DNA from: an uncultured Armatimonadales bacterium
GTDB taxonomy: Bacteria > Armatimonadota > Armatimonadia > Armatimonadales > Capsulimonadaceae
Assembly: GCA_964243345.1 (NCBI GenBank)
Contig: CAXTER010000010.1
Coordinates: 12,441-76,440, forward strand
Reading direction: 5' to 3'
Length of the DNA stretch: 64,000 bases
Every line of letters starts with the position of its first letter. The stretch's first letter is position 1. The position numbers and the translations under genes were made by a program. Of this stretch, positions 26,670 to 35,344 are shown one piece after another. Under the pieces are notes generated by a model. That model did no database searches and was not told the DNA's origin. It saw only the letters and a program-made list of their open reading frames with translations.

Positions 26670-26917
26670 AAAAGCGGCCCGACGCCAGGTGCACCTTCTG
26701 AACAGAAGTCCCCCGCTCAAACGTCCGAAGCGTTTCGGGCTGCCTCTAGTATATACCACTTCCATGTTGAAGTCAAGCCTATTGTCGGCGATTGCCTTCG
26801 TTCTTTATAATGCTTGTATACCATCATCAGTTCCCAGTATAATGCCTCAATACTTAATCACACTAGTTCTTCGCGGTAACATTAGCGAAAAGCTGCGCGA
26901 GTGGCTTGACGAGTATC

Positions 26918-27023
26918 TAAGGAACAACACAGGACGTATCGGGTGGGGCTGATTGGGGCGGGGAATATCGGGGATGTCTATGCGCGGCAGTAGGCGCTGC
27001 TGCCGGACGCCGAAGTGGTGAAG
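26918..27023 (+). pseudogene. Decayed duplicate of the RBS and first ~30 codons of the Gfo/Idh/MocA gene
   Basis: About 106 bp at roughly 85-90% identity (by eye) to 27410-27515. ATGATG is mutated to AGGACG and TGG to TAG. Confidence 0.8.
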
Positions 27024-27064
27024 GAACCAGTGGATACTCACAGATCCTAATACTTGTGTTCCGC

Positions 27065-27298
27065 TCAGGTCACATGGCCTGCGGTGGCTGCTTCCCGTGT
27101 CTCCGCCCTTTGCTCCCGTTCCTCTGCGAAATCTTGTTTGTGAGACAGAACCTCAAACGTATCCACAATGCCGAAGTCCTGGGGATAGGTGCGTGTCCAT
27201 TGCTGTAATTCCTGCGTGGCTTGCCGGATTTCGGATGACGTAGATGCGCTCAATGCCTGTTCAATGATGCGCTCACGCTCCGTGATGTTCCAGTTCAT
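27065..27298 (-). CDS. Small hypothetical helical protein (77 aa), paralog of 13388..13639
   Basis: AAGGAAG SD 8 nt upstream of the ATG. Lies between the two copies of the 106-bp duplication. Confidence 0.55.
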   Translation of the reverse strand: MNWNITERERIIEQALSASTSSEIRQATQELQQWTRTYPQDFGIVDTFEVLSHKQDFAEEREQRAETREAATAGHVT

Positions 27299-27422
27299 TA
27301 GCGTCTTCCTTTGGTTCCTCCCCGCCCAAACCTATCATACCTGAATGGCTTGCCTTCCTTCTTTATTTCCCTGTATAATGTTTTGGGTTAGTGGTGAGAC
27401 AGATTCTCTTAAGGAACAACAC

Positions 27423-28412
27423 ATGATGTATCGGGTGGGGCTGATTGGGGCGGGGAATATCGGGGAGGTCCATGCGCGGCAGTGGGCGCAGACGCCGGAC
27501 GCGGAAATTGTGGGGGTGCTGGACCCGCGCTTAGACGCGGCGGCGGCGCTGGGGACGGCGTATTCCGACTGGGAGACGCTGCTTTCTGACGCCAAGCCGG
27601 ATATTATTGATATTTGCGTGCCGACGCCGCTGCATAAAGACTATGTGGAGTTGGCGGCGGCGGCGGGGCTGGCGATCTTTGTGGAAAAGCCGCTGGGGCG
27701 GACGCTGGCGGAGTGCGATGCGATAGTGGCGGCAGTCGAAAAGGCAGGCGTGCCGGCGGGGGTCGGCCATGTCGTGCGCTTCTTCCCGGAATACGCGCAG
27801 GCCAAGCGGCTGGTGGGCGACGGCGCGGTGGGGACGCCGGCGGCGGTGCGGACGGCGCGGATGGGCGGGTTTCCGAACCTCGTGGGGCGTCCGAACTGGT
27901 ACGCGGACCCGGCGCAAAGCGGGGGCGTCGCGCTGGATTTAATTTTGCATGACTTTGACTGGCTGCGATGGACATTCGGCCCGGTCACGCGGGTCTTTGC
28001 ACAAGGGCTGTGGGGCAGGCAAGAGTATGTGGGCAAGATGGATTATGCGCTGGTGACGCTGCGGTTTGAGTCGGGGGCGGTCGGCCATGTGACGGGGTCA
28101 TGGGCGCATCCGAGCGGCTTTCGGACGACGCTGGAAGTGGCGGGGGACGGCGGGCTGGTGGAGCATGACTCGGCGCGGACTGCGCCGCTGCTGTCGTCGC
28201 TGCGCCCGGCAGGGAATACCGGCGGGGTGGCGTTCCCGGAAAGCCCGATGGCTTCTTTAGATGATCCATACTATTTAGAAGTTGCGGCGTTTGTGGCGGC
28301 GCTTCAAGCAAATGCGCCGGTGCCGGTCTCGGTTTACGAAGGGCGGGAAGCCGTGCGAATTGGGCTGGCGGCGCTGGAGTCGATGGAGACCGGGAAGGTG
28401 GTGACGCTGTGA
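27423..28412 (+). CDS. Gfo/Idh/MocA-family NAD(P)-dependent oxidoreductase
   Basis: MMYRVGLIGAGNIGEVHARQW Rossmann N-terminus and EKPL motif. TATAAT at 27373. Confidence 0.9.
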   Translation: MMYRVGLIGAGNIGEVHARQWAQTPDAEIVGVLDPRLDAAAALGTAYSDWETLLSDAKPDIIDICVPTPLHKDYVELAAAAGLAIFVEKPLGRTLAECDAIVAAVEKAGVPAGVGHVVRFFPEYAQAKRLVGDGAVGTPAAVRTARMGGFPNLVGRPNWYADPAQSGGVALDLILHDFDWLRWTFGPVTRVFAQGLWGRQEYVGKMDYALVTLRFESGAVGHVTGSWAHPSGFRTTLEVAGDGGLVEHDSARTAPLLSSLRPAGNTGGVAFPESPMASLDDPYYLEVAAFVAALQANAPVPVSVYEGREAVRIGLAALESMETGKVVTL

Positions 28413-29413
28413 ACACGCTCAGAATTGGCATACTCTCGTTCGCGCACATGCACGCGATGTCGTATGCCGCCGCGCTGGCGGCGCACCCCGGCGCGGAGTT
28501 TGTGGGGATTGCAGACGCCGACCCTGAGCGCGGGAGTCGGCAGGCGGAAGCTTTCGGTACGCAGTTCTTTGACAGCGAGTCGGCGCTGCTGGGTCAGCAC
28601 TTAGACGGCGTCATTGTCACAAGCGAGAACGTGCATCACCGGCGCTTGGTCGAGCTGGCGGCAGGGGCAGGCGTGAAAGCCATTTTGTGCGAAAAGCCGC
28701 TGGCGACGACAGGAGAAGACGCACAGGTGATGATTGACGTCTGCCGGGCGTCGGGAGTCAATCTGGCGACGGCGTTCCCGTGCCGTTACTCGCCGGCTTA
28801 TCAAAGACTGCGCGAGCAGGTGCAGTCCGGGGCAATCGGGAATGTGCTGGCCCTGCGCGGCACGAATCATGGCAAGATGCCCGGTGGCTGGTTTGTCGAC
28901 ACAGCCCTGTCCGGCGGCGGGGCGGTGATTGACCACACGGTTCATGTGGCGGACCTCAATAGGCATCTGCTGGGGCGTGACGCCGTAGAAGTCTACGCCG
29001 AGATCGGCCACGGGTTTTACCATCAGCCCTGGGAAGACACCGGCTTCCTGACGATCAACTATGACGGCGGCGTCTTTGCGACTCTCGACACAAGCTGGTC
29101 CCGGCCTGCTTCTTACCCGACATGGGGTGATGTGACGCTGCAAGTGCTGGGAACAGGTGGGGTTCTGGAACTGGACATGTTCGCGCAGAATCTGACGCTC
29201 TACGACGAGGGCGCATCCTGGGTCAATTGGGGCAGCGACACCGATTCCGGCCTCATTTCAGACTTTCTGCGGCTGACTTCCGGGCAGCCTGCGCCGCTGC
29301 TGGCGACCGGTGAAGACGGGCTGGCGGCGCTGGCAGTAGCGCTGGCGGCCTACCGTTCTGCCGAACTTGGCGCACCGGCGCCTGTGAGCAAATACTGGGT
29401 TTCAGCAAACTAG
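28409..29413 (+). CDS. Gfo/Idh/MocA-family oxidoreductase
   Basis: LRIGILSFAHMHA N-terminus and CEKPLA motif. The GTG start overlaps the upstream TGA (GTGA). Confidence 0.9.
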   Translation: MNTLRIGILSFAHMHAMSYAAALAAHPGAEFVGIADADPERGSRQAEAFGTQFFDSESALLGQHLDGVIVTSENVHHRRLVELAAGAGVKAILCEKPLATTGEDAQVMIDVCRASGVNLATAFPCRYSPAYQRLREQVQSGAIGNVLALRGTNHGKMPGGWFVDTALSGGGAVIDHTVHVADLNRHLLGRDAVEVYAEIGHGFYHQPWEDTGFLTINYDGGVFATLDTSWSRPASYPTWGDVTLQVLGTGGVLELDMFAQNLTLYDEGASWVNWGSDTDSGLISDFLRLTSGQPAPLLATGEDGLAALAVALAAYRSAELGAPAPVSKYWVSAN

Positions 29414-29522
29414 CGCTAAAATCTCACTCTTTTAACCTGCCGTCAATCCGGCAGTGTTTCTTCACTCTTAATTCCAGGTAAACTCTTTGTCAGTGACACT
29501 CTCGTAGAAAGAGAATTCTGGA

Positions 29523-31742
29523 ATGAGAAACGGCGATCAAAATACGCAGCCGGACGAGGCGGGCCGTGATGCCGCCGCGCTGACCCCACCGGAGCTGCCC
29601 GGCATCAGCCTGACGACCCCGGCCCTGAGCCGGGGACCGTACAGCGCGGTTTACCGGGGCTGGGACCGGACTCACCGGCATGACGTTATTGTGAAAGTCC
29701 TGCAAACCGGCGGTGATCCGGTAGCCGCAGACCGCTTCCGCCGCGAAGCGTCGGTCATGGCGAAGCTGCGCCATCCCAACATTGTCGCGCTGTATTCCTT
29801 CCATGACGGTGACCCGTCGGCGCTGATTATGGAGTATGTGCCGGGGCAGACGCTGGATGCTCTCATTGCGGCGGACGGGCCTCTTCCGGCGGCCCGCGCG
29901 GTCCAGATTATCGAAGGGATTGCCGCCGGACTGGACCTCATTCACGCCGAGAACATCGTCCACCGAGATGTCAAACCCACAAACATCCTGCTGCCGAAGC
30001 ATGGTCCGGCCCGCCTAACTGACTTCGGCGTGGCCCATATTAATACGTCTACCCCCTTGACAGTCCACGGCGACATGCTGGGAACGATTGAATACGCAAG
30101 CCCGGAACAAGTGCAAGGCACGGGCGTCCCGGACGCCCGCAGCGATGTGTATTCACTGGCGGCCGTAGCGTACTTCGCGCTGACCGGAACGCCGCCCTTT
30201 CCCGCCGCCGACAGCTCCATGCAGTCGCATTTGTCGGTCATGCACCAGCAGGTATTCTCGGAGCCGCCGACACTGCGTTCCCGCCGCGCCGATATTGCGC
30301 CGGGCGTTGACGCCGCCGTGCGGCGCGGCCTCGCAAAAGACCCCGCTGCGCGTTATCCGTCGGCAGGCCAGTTCGCGTCCGCCCTGCGCTCGGCAGTCGT
30401 TGCGGCGTCCGGCGCTCCCGAACAGGGCGCGGTGGCGGCGAGTTCCCGGCGCACCTTCGCGCTGACCGGCGCTTTGGCCGGGGCGGCGGTGCTGGCCGGC
30501 GGCGCGGCTCTTTTGTGGAGCCACGAACAGTCCGCGCCGGCACTCACATCTCCCCATTCTGTCCAGCAGATTGCTGCCGTGCCGCCGGCTTCCTCTACGC
30601 CTGCCGCCCCGACGTCTGCCGTCAAGCCGCCCCTGGCTGCCAAGATGCCGCCGAAAGCTGCGCCGCTGCTGAAAGCCAAGCCGCAGGCAGACCATGTCGC
30701 GGCGCTTCCCTTGCCCCGCGTCTTGCCTCTTCACCGCGCCTTGCCCGCTGCTGCTGCCCGTCACGCTCCGGTCTATCATGCTCCGGCCCATCATGCTCCA
30801 CTTGTCGCTCACGCGCTGCCTGCTGCGCCGGAGCCGCGTTATGCGGCTCCCATGCGGGTCGCAAAACGTGCGGTGACGGAGCGGCCAAAGTACCGGCGTC
30901 ACCCGGCGCTCATCGCCTCACGGGAGAGGCCGTCACTTTCAAGCCTTGCGAAGCCGAAGCATCTTTCGACAGTCTTTTTAGCATCCTCCGCAGCAAAGCT
31001 GCGTCCTGCTCCCAGTGTTGCCTGGCTGTCGGTCTTTGCCCGGCAGGATGTGGTGTCTCCGGGCGGACACGCCCAAACCGAGGCAATCCCCGCCCAGGAA
31101 GTAACGGTGGATGGTCGCCCGCTGCCTGCCTTGACGCACGGCGGCTGGGCGTCGGTGCCGGCCGGTCGGCATTTAGTGGCCTTTGCGCCGTCGGCAGCCT
31201 CCGGATTCGGACGCAGCCCTGGCCTTTGGATCACACTGGCTCCCGGCGCTCATGTCAGCCGCCAGGTGCTGCTGCCCGCTGCCTCTCTCATCCTTGCGAC
31301 TACTCGAACCGGTGCGCCGCTTCTTGCGGCGGTTTCTCCTGTCTCGGTCCCGCCCGCTGTTCCCGCCCCGGCGCTTGAGCCGCAGGCCGCGCTCCAGCCG
31401 CCGGTGGCTCCGCCGCAGGTGGTCGCAGACGTGCCGCAGGCAGCCCCGACAGCCCCGGCGGTCGGCTGGTACACGGTCTCCGGCTGGATTGTCCGCAATC
31501 CGGCTGCCCCCAAGCCGACCCTGGTTCGAACGTCCGCGTACTGGGTGAAGGTGGACGGCACGCCTAACCCCGCGCTGGCACTCGGTCAATGGGCGGAGCT
31601 TCCCGCCGGCAAGCACACGATTGAGTTCCAGCCGACAAACGGAGTCGGTGTCGGAGCCAAAACCTGGGACATTGATTTGTCGCCGCAGGGCCATTTGGAC
31701 CAGCAAATCCCGCTGCCGCCGATGGTTGTCACGCCGAATTAA
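29523..31742 (+). CDS. Ser/Thr protein kinase with TM segment and two C-terminal PEGA-like domains
   Basis: Motifs: VIVKV, HRDVKPTNIL, DFGVA, YASPEQ. Paralog of 9466..11022. The C-terminal domain is present twice (~31017-31275 and ~31464-31730). Confidence 0.85.
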   Translation: MRNGDQNTQPDEAGRDAAALTPPELPGISLTTPALSRGPYSAVYRGWDRTHRHDVIVKVLQTGGDPVAADRFRREASVMAKLRHPNIVALYSFHDGDPSALIMEYVPGQTLDALIAADGPLPAARAVQIIEGIAAGLDLIHAENIVHRDVKPTNILLPKHGPARLTDFGVAHINTSTPLTVHGDMLGTIEYASPEQVQGTGVPDARSDVYSLAAVAYFALTGTPPFPAADSSMQSHLSVMHQQVFSEPPTLRSRRADIAPGVDAAVRRGLAKDPAARYPSAGQFASALRSAVVAASGAPEQGAVAASSRRTFALTGALAGAAVLAGGAALLWSHEQSAPALTSPHSVQQIAAVPPASSTPAAPTSAVKPPLAAKMPPKAAPLLKAKPQADHVAALPLPRVLPLHRALPAAAARHAPVYHAPAHHAPLVAHALPAAPEPRYAAPMRVAKRAVTERPKYRRHPALIASRERPSLSSLAKPKHLSTVFLASSAAKLRPAPSVAWLSVFARQDVVSPGGHAQTEAIPAQEVTVDGRPLPALTHGGWASVPAGRHLVAFAPSAASGFGRSPGLWITLAPGAHVSRQVLLPAASLILATTRTGAPLLAAVSPVSVPPAVPAPALEPQAALQPPVAPPQVVADVPQAAPTAPAVGWYTVSGWIVRNPAAPKPTLVRTSAYWVKVDGTPNPALALGQWAELPAGKHTIEFQPTNGVGVGAKTWDIDLSPQGHLDQQIPLPPMVVTPN

Positions 31743-31752
31743 GTTAAGCGAA

Positions 31753-31874
31753 GAGGAGCGAGGGAGTAAACTCCTCTCGCTGAATGGCGTCCTTCGGACG
31801 AAAGAAAAGCCCAATGTCTATGGGTCTTACATCCGAAGGATGCAATGCAGCGAGAGGAGTTTACTCCCTCGCTC
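31753..31874. repeat. Nested palindromic element E2 (TIR family A)
   Basis: Arms GAGGAGCGAGGGAGTAAACTCCTCTCGCTG (31753-31782) and CAGCGAGAGGAGTTTACTCCCTCGCTC (31848-31874). Inner hairpins GCGTCCTTCGGACG and CATCCGAAGGATG. A T-run follows. Confidence 0.85.
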
Positions 31875-31968
31875 TTTTCTTGTCTGAGCCTTTTTCCTCT
31901 CCCAAACGTCAGTGTGGTATACTAACACCCACACTTGGAACCCAAAGCGGGGTAGGGGAGACTAAATC

Positions 31969-33777
31969 GTGGCAGAATGGCAGCGGACAGTAAATTGCGG
32001 CATCGTTTCGGAATCAATGATCGGGCAGACGGTGACGCTGAACGGGTGGGTGAACCGGAACCGGGACCAGGGCGGGATTGCGTTTTTGGACCTGCGGGAC
32101 CGCAGCGGCATTGTCCAGATCGCGGTAGACGGCGGTGATGCGCCGGACGCACTGGCGGTCGCCGAGCGTGTCCGCTCCGAGTTTTGTCTCAGCGTTCAGG
32201 GGCTAGTGCGCCGCCGCCCCGCCGGCAGCGAGAACGACCATCTGCCGAACGGCACGGTTGAAGTCGCGGCTTCGGCTATTGAAATCCTGAACCCGTCCAA
32301 GACGCCGCCGTTCCCCATTGCCGAAGAAAAAGACAGCAGCATCAATGAGATTCTGCGCCTGAAGTACCGGTATTTAGACCTGCGCCGCCCGGCGATGTTT
32401 GAGAAGATGCGCCTGCGCCATGAGGCCATCCGGCTGATTCGAGAGTTCATGTACGGGCGCGGCTTTTTGGAGATTGAGACGCCAGTTCTTACGAAATCGT
32501 CCCCGGAAGGCGCACGGGACTATTTGGTGCCGTACCGCCTGGAACCCGGCCTCTTTTACGCGCTTCCGCAGGCCCCCCAGCAGTTCAAGCAGCTTCTCAT
32601 GGTCGGCGGCATCGAGCGCTATTTTCAAATTGCCAAGTGTTTTAGAGATGAGTCTCAGCGGGCGGACCGGCAGCCGGAGTTTACGCAGCTTGACTTGGAA
32701 ATGTCGTTTGTCGAGCAGGACGACGTTCTGGAAGTGGTCGAGTCCCTCTATTCCGAGATCATCCCCAAGATTTCGCCCAAGTCTGTGGTGACCCCGTTCA
32801 CGCGCCTGACCTATGACGAGGCAATGGCCCGCTACGGTACGGACAAACCCGACCTGCGTTATGGCCTGGAACTCAAAGACGCCGCGCCGCTGCTCGCAAA
32901 CACGCAGTTCTCCGTTTTCCAAAACGCCCTGGCAAGCGGCGGCCAAGTCAAGCTGCTGCGCTACCCGCAGGGCGCAAGTTTATCGCGCAAAGAGATAGAC
33001 GACTTGACGGCACTCGTGAAAGAGACCGGGGCCAAAGGCCTCGCGTACTTGCTGGTCATGGAAGACGGCGTCAAATCGCCCATCGCCAAGTTCTTGACCG
33101 AAGACGAAATTACCAATTTAGTCGCCCTCGCCGAAGCGGAGCCGGGCGACTTAATCGGCTTTATCGCCGACACGCCGGAAATAGTCGCCAAAGCGTTAGA
33201 TTTATTGCGCCGGGAAATCGCAAAGCGCCAAAAATTAGCTGACCCGAATGTCCTGCACTTTGCCTGGGTCACGGACTTTCCGGTCTTTGAGTGGGACGAC
33301 GACTCGAAGACCTGGACCTTTGCCCATAACCCGTTTGCCATGCCCCATGCCGAGCATCTGGACATTCTGGAGTCCGACCCCGCCGCCTGCCGCGCTTATA
33401 CGTATGATTTGGTCTGCAACGGCTCCGAAGGCGCATCGGGAAGCATTCGCATCCACAAGCGCGACATTCAGGAGCGCATCTTTCGAATGCTCGGCAAGAC
33501 CGACGAACAAATTCAAGACCAGTTCGGCCACATGCTGGAAGCGTTCGATTTCGGCGCACCACCCCACGGCGGCATGGCCCCCGGCATTGACCGCCTGATC
33601 ATGTACCTCACCGACGACGACAATGTCCGCGAAGTCATCGCTTTCCCCAAATCCGGCGGCGGCTTCGACCCCATGATGGACGCCCCCTCGGAAGTGGAAG
33701 ACAAGCAGCTTCGCGAGCTTGGCATTACAATCAAGCGTCCGCCGAAAAAAGATGACAAGAAAGAAGACACGCCATGA
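31969..33777 (+). CDS. aspS: Aspartate--tRNA ligase
   Basis: Class IIb motifs: FLDLRDRSGIVQ, FYALPQAPQQFKQLLM, FQIAKCFRDE, GSIRIH, GGMAPGIDRL. GTG start. Confidence 0.95.
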   Translation: MAEWQRTVNCGIVSESMIGQTVTLNGWVNRNRDQGGIAFLDLRDRSGIVQIAVDGGDAPDALAVAERVRSEFCLSVQGLVRRRPAGSENDHLPNGTVEVAASAIEILNPSKTPPFPIAEEKDSSINEILRLKYRYLDLRRPAMFEKMRLRHEAIRLIREFMYGRGFLEIETPVLTKSSPEGARDYLVPYRLEPGLFYALPQAPQQFKQLLMVGGIERYFQIAKCFRDESQRADRQPEFTQLDLEMSFVEQDDVLEVVESLYSEIIPKISPKSVVTPFTRLTYDEAMARYGTDKPDLRYGLELKDAAPLLANTQFSVFQNALASGGQVKLLRYPQGASLSRKEIDDLTALVKETGAKGLAYLLVMEDGVKSPIAKFLTEDEITNLVALAEAEPGDLIGFIADTPEIVAKALDLLRREIAKRQKLADPNVLHFAWVTDFPVFEWDDDSKTWTFAHNPFAMPHAEHLDILESDPAACRAYTYDLVCNGSEGASGSIRIHKRDIQERIFRMLGKTDEQIQDQFGHMLEAFDFGAPPHGGMAPGIDRLIMYLTDDDNVREVIAFPKSGGGFDPMMDAPSEVEDKQLRELGITIKRPPKKDDKKEDTP

Positions 33778-34076
33778 CCGTCACGCTGGAAGTCAGCCCG
33801 GAAGAAGCCGCCCGTCTGCAAGCCGCCGCCGCCGAGCGCGGCTAGCAGGTGAGCGATTACCTGCTGACATTGGCTCGGCAGGAATTTCAAGCAAATCCGC
33901 CTGCTTTTGCTCCCTCAAAATTTGAGGGGATGACGCTGGCGGAAGCCCTGCAAGGACTTATTGGCACAGTAGACAGCCGGGTGCAAAACAAGGGGCAGAT
34001 GTCGAATTATGCTGAGAATTCTGAAGAAGAATTTGGCAAGATTATGGATGAGAAACAGCGCCAGGGGCATATATGA
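33774..34076 (+). pseudogene. RHH-type antitoxin (VapB-like) interrupted by an in-frame TAG
   Basis: MTVTLEVSPEEAARLQAAAAERG-TAG(33843)-QVSDYLLTLARQEF... reads as one frame. The ATG overlaps the aspS stop (ATGA). Confidence 0.55.
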
Positions 34077-34168
34077 CGCTGACTGACACCGGCCCGCCTG
34101 TCGTTTTGGTGGACATCGGGAAAAGCGCCATAACTGTTCAAGCCAAAAGTGGAGAAGCAACAACATGA
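34073..34168 (+). pseudogene. N-terminal remnant of a PIN-domain (VapC-like) toxin
   Basis: MTLTDTGPPVVLVDIG resembles PIN N-termini (xxLDTGPLVALxD), then diverges and stops after 31 codons. ATGA overlaps occur at both ends. Confidence 0.4.
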
Positions 34169-34887
34169 CAGAAAATGAAGAGCCAGAGGATGAACCGATA
34201 CCGCCGCAACCACAACGGGTTTATGCTCGGGGGCTTGTGTTATCGGCTGTTGTCGCTCGCGGATTTTTAGAACAGGATGCAGGCAGCGCTGATGCCGATA
34301 CGCTACGTCTGAAAATCAGAAGCTGGCTAACTCATGTTGGAGCGTCCACAGAAGCAGAGCCGCAGGAACACAATTTGCTGCAATCCCCGTTGGGAACCAT
34401 TACCGCACAGCAAGCTGGTGAAGCAAGTTGGCGTTCGGAAGGGCTGGCCGTCTTAGCCTGGTCATTAGGACTTGCTGAACTGCCGACTTATGATGCGCTT
34501 GTTGACCCGAAAGAGGTTGCAGACTCCATCGGCTACCTTCAGGACGATGCGAAGGCGGCAATGATAAAGGCGGCTTTGCGTCCAGCCGAAGAACTTCGCC
34601 GCTGCTCCGCTCAACTCTTTGCGCTGCATTGGCGTCTTCGCAACTTTGGTTTAAAGCCGGAAGCGATGGATTTTCAGTCTTTTGCGCGTGATGCTTGGTT
34701 CGGCCCGCTTGATGTCACTGGTCTTCGCTTTATTGACAACGATTTGGCGATTGGAGAAGCGCCAATAGTAGAGGCCGACGAAGGAGATTTCGCTCTCTGC
34801 ATAGAGGCTACTATGGAGCGCCATCAGGCTATCAACTGGCTTATAGGACAGCACGAACTCTACTCTGAAGTGACTGCTGACACATAA
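34165..34887 (+). CDS. Hypothetical protein, DUF4272-like (tentative)
   Basis: 240 aa with GGAGAAG SD. Motifs WRSEGLAVLAWSLGL and LHWRLRNF are recalled from DUF4272. Low GC. Confidence 0.5.
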   Translation: MTENEEPEDEPIPPQPQRVYARGLVLSAVVARGFLEQDAGSADADTLRLKIRSWLTHVGASTEAEPQEHNLLQSPLGTITAQQAGEASWRSEGLAVLAWSLGLAELPTYDALVDPKEVADSIGYLQDDAKAAMIKAALRPAEELRRCSAQLFALHWRLRNFGLKPEAMDFQSFARDAWFGPLDVTGLRFIDNDLAIGEAPIVEADEGDFALCIEATMERHQAINWLIGQHELYSEVTADT

Positions 34888-34888
34888 G

Positions 34889-34923
34889 CAAAAAAGCGCC
34901 GGGCAATCGCCCGGCGCTTTTTC
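34889..34923. terminator. Bidirectional rho-independent terminator
   Basis: AAAAAA-GCGCCGGG-caatcg-CCCGGCGC-TTTTT between convergent genes. Confidence 0.85.
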
Positions 34924-34942
34924 TTGTTTGACACAATGCACT

Positions 34943-35338
34943 CTACGACCCGTAGGTATACATTATGCCCGGTTCTTCTACGAAAACGACTTGCTGGTTT
35001 TCTGGCGTGAAGAAGTGTGCTTCGTAGATTTCTTCTCCTGGAATTTGCAGAGCTTTGAACACAGTCGCGACGACCTCTTTCTGTTGCTCAAGTTCGAGAA
35101 ACTTATGCTCAAATCCAAAGTAGTTGGAAGGCAAAGCAATACGCAAGTATGCTTTCGTAACATACTCACCCGGAACAGGGTGATGCACGTCCAACCAGCC
35201 CCGAACACTGAACATGCCACGGTCTCGACTGTGTTTGCCAAGTTGAAACGATATGCTCGTCTCGGTCTTGAAATCGAAACACGCTTCCAAGTCTAACAGC
35301 GCAAAACAGTCTCTGTGTTTAAAGTCGGCGATGTTCAT
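34943..35338 (-). CDS. Hypothetical protein (131 aa)
   Basis: Low-GC ORF (28/60 G+C at 34981-35040) starting 6 nt downstream of the aldo/keto reductase stop. Confidence 0.5.
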   Translation of the reverse strand: MNIADFKHRDCFALLDLEACFDFKTETSISFQLGKHSRDRGMFSVRGWLDVHHPVPGEYVTKAYLRIALPSNYFGFEHKFLELEQQKEVVATVFKALQIPGEEIYEAHFFTPENQQVVFVEEPGIMYTYGS

Positions 35339-35344
35339 GGAAAA

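Noticed and set aside
26689-26952. 87-aa ORF at the right end of islet 2.
   Set aside because: There is no SD and the N-terminal half has poor composition. Its last codons are read from the decayed duplicate of the oxidoreductase 5' end, in the wrong frame. It is probably a truncated remnant or is non-coding.
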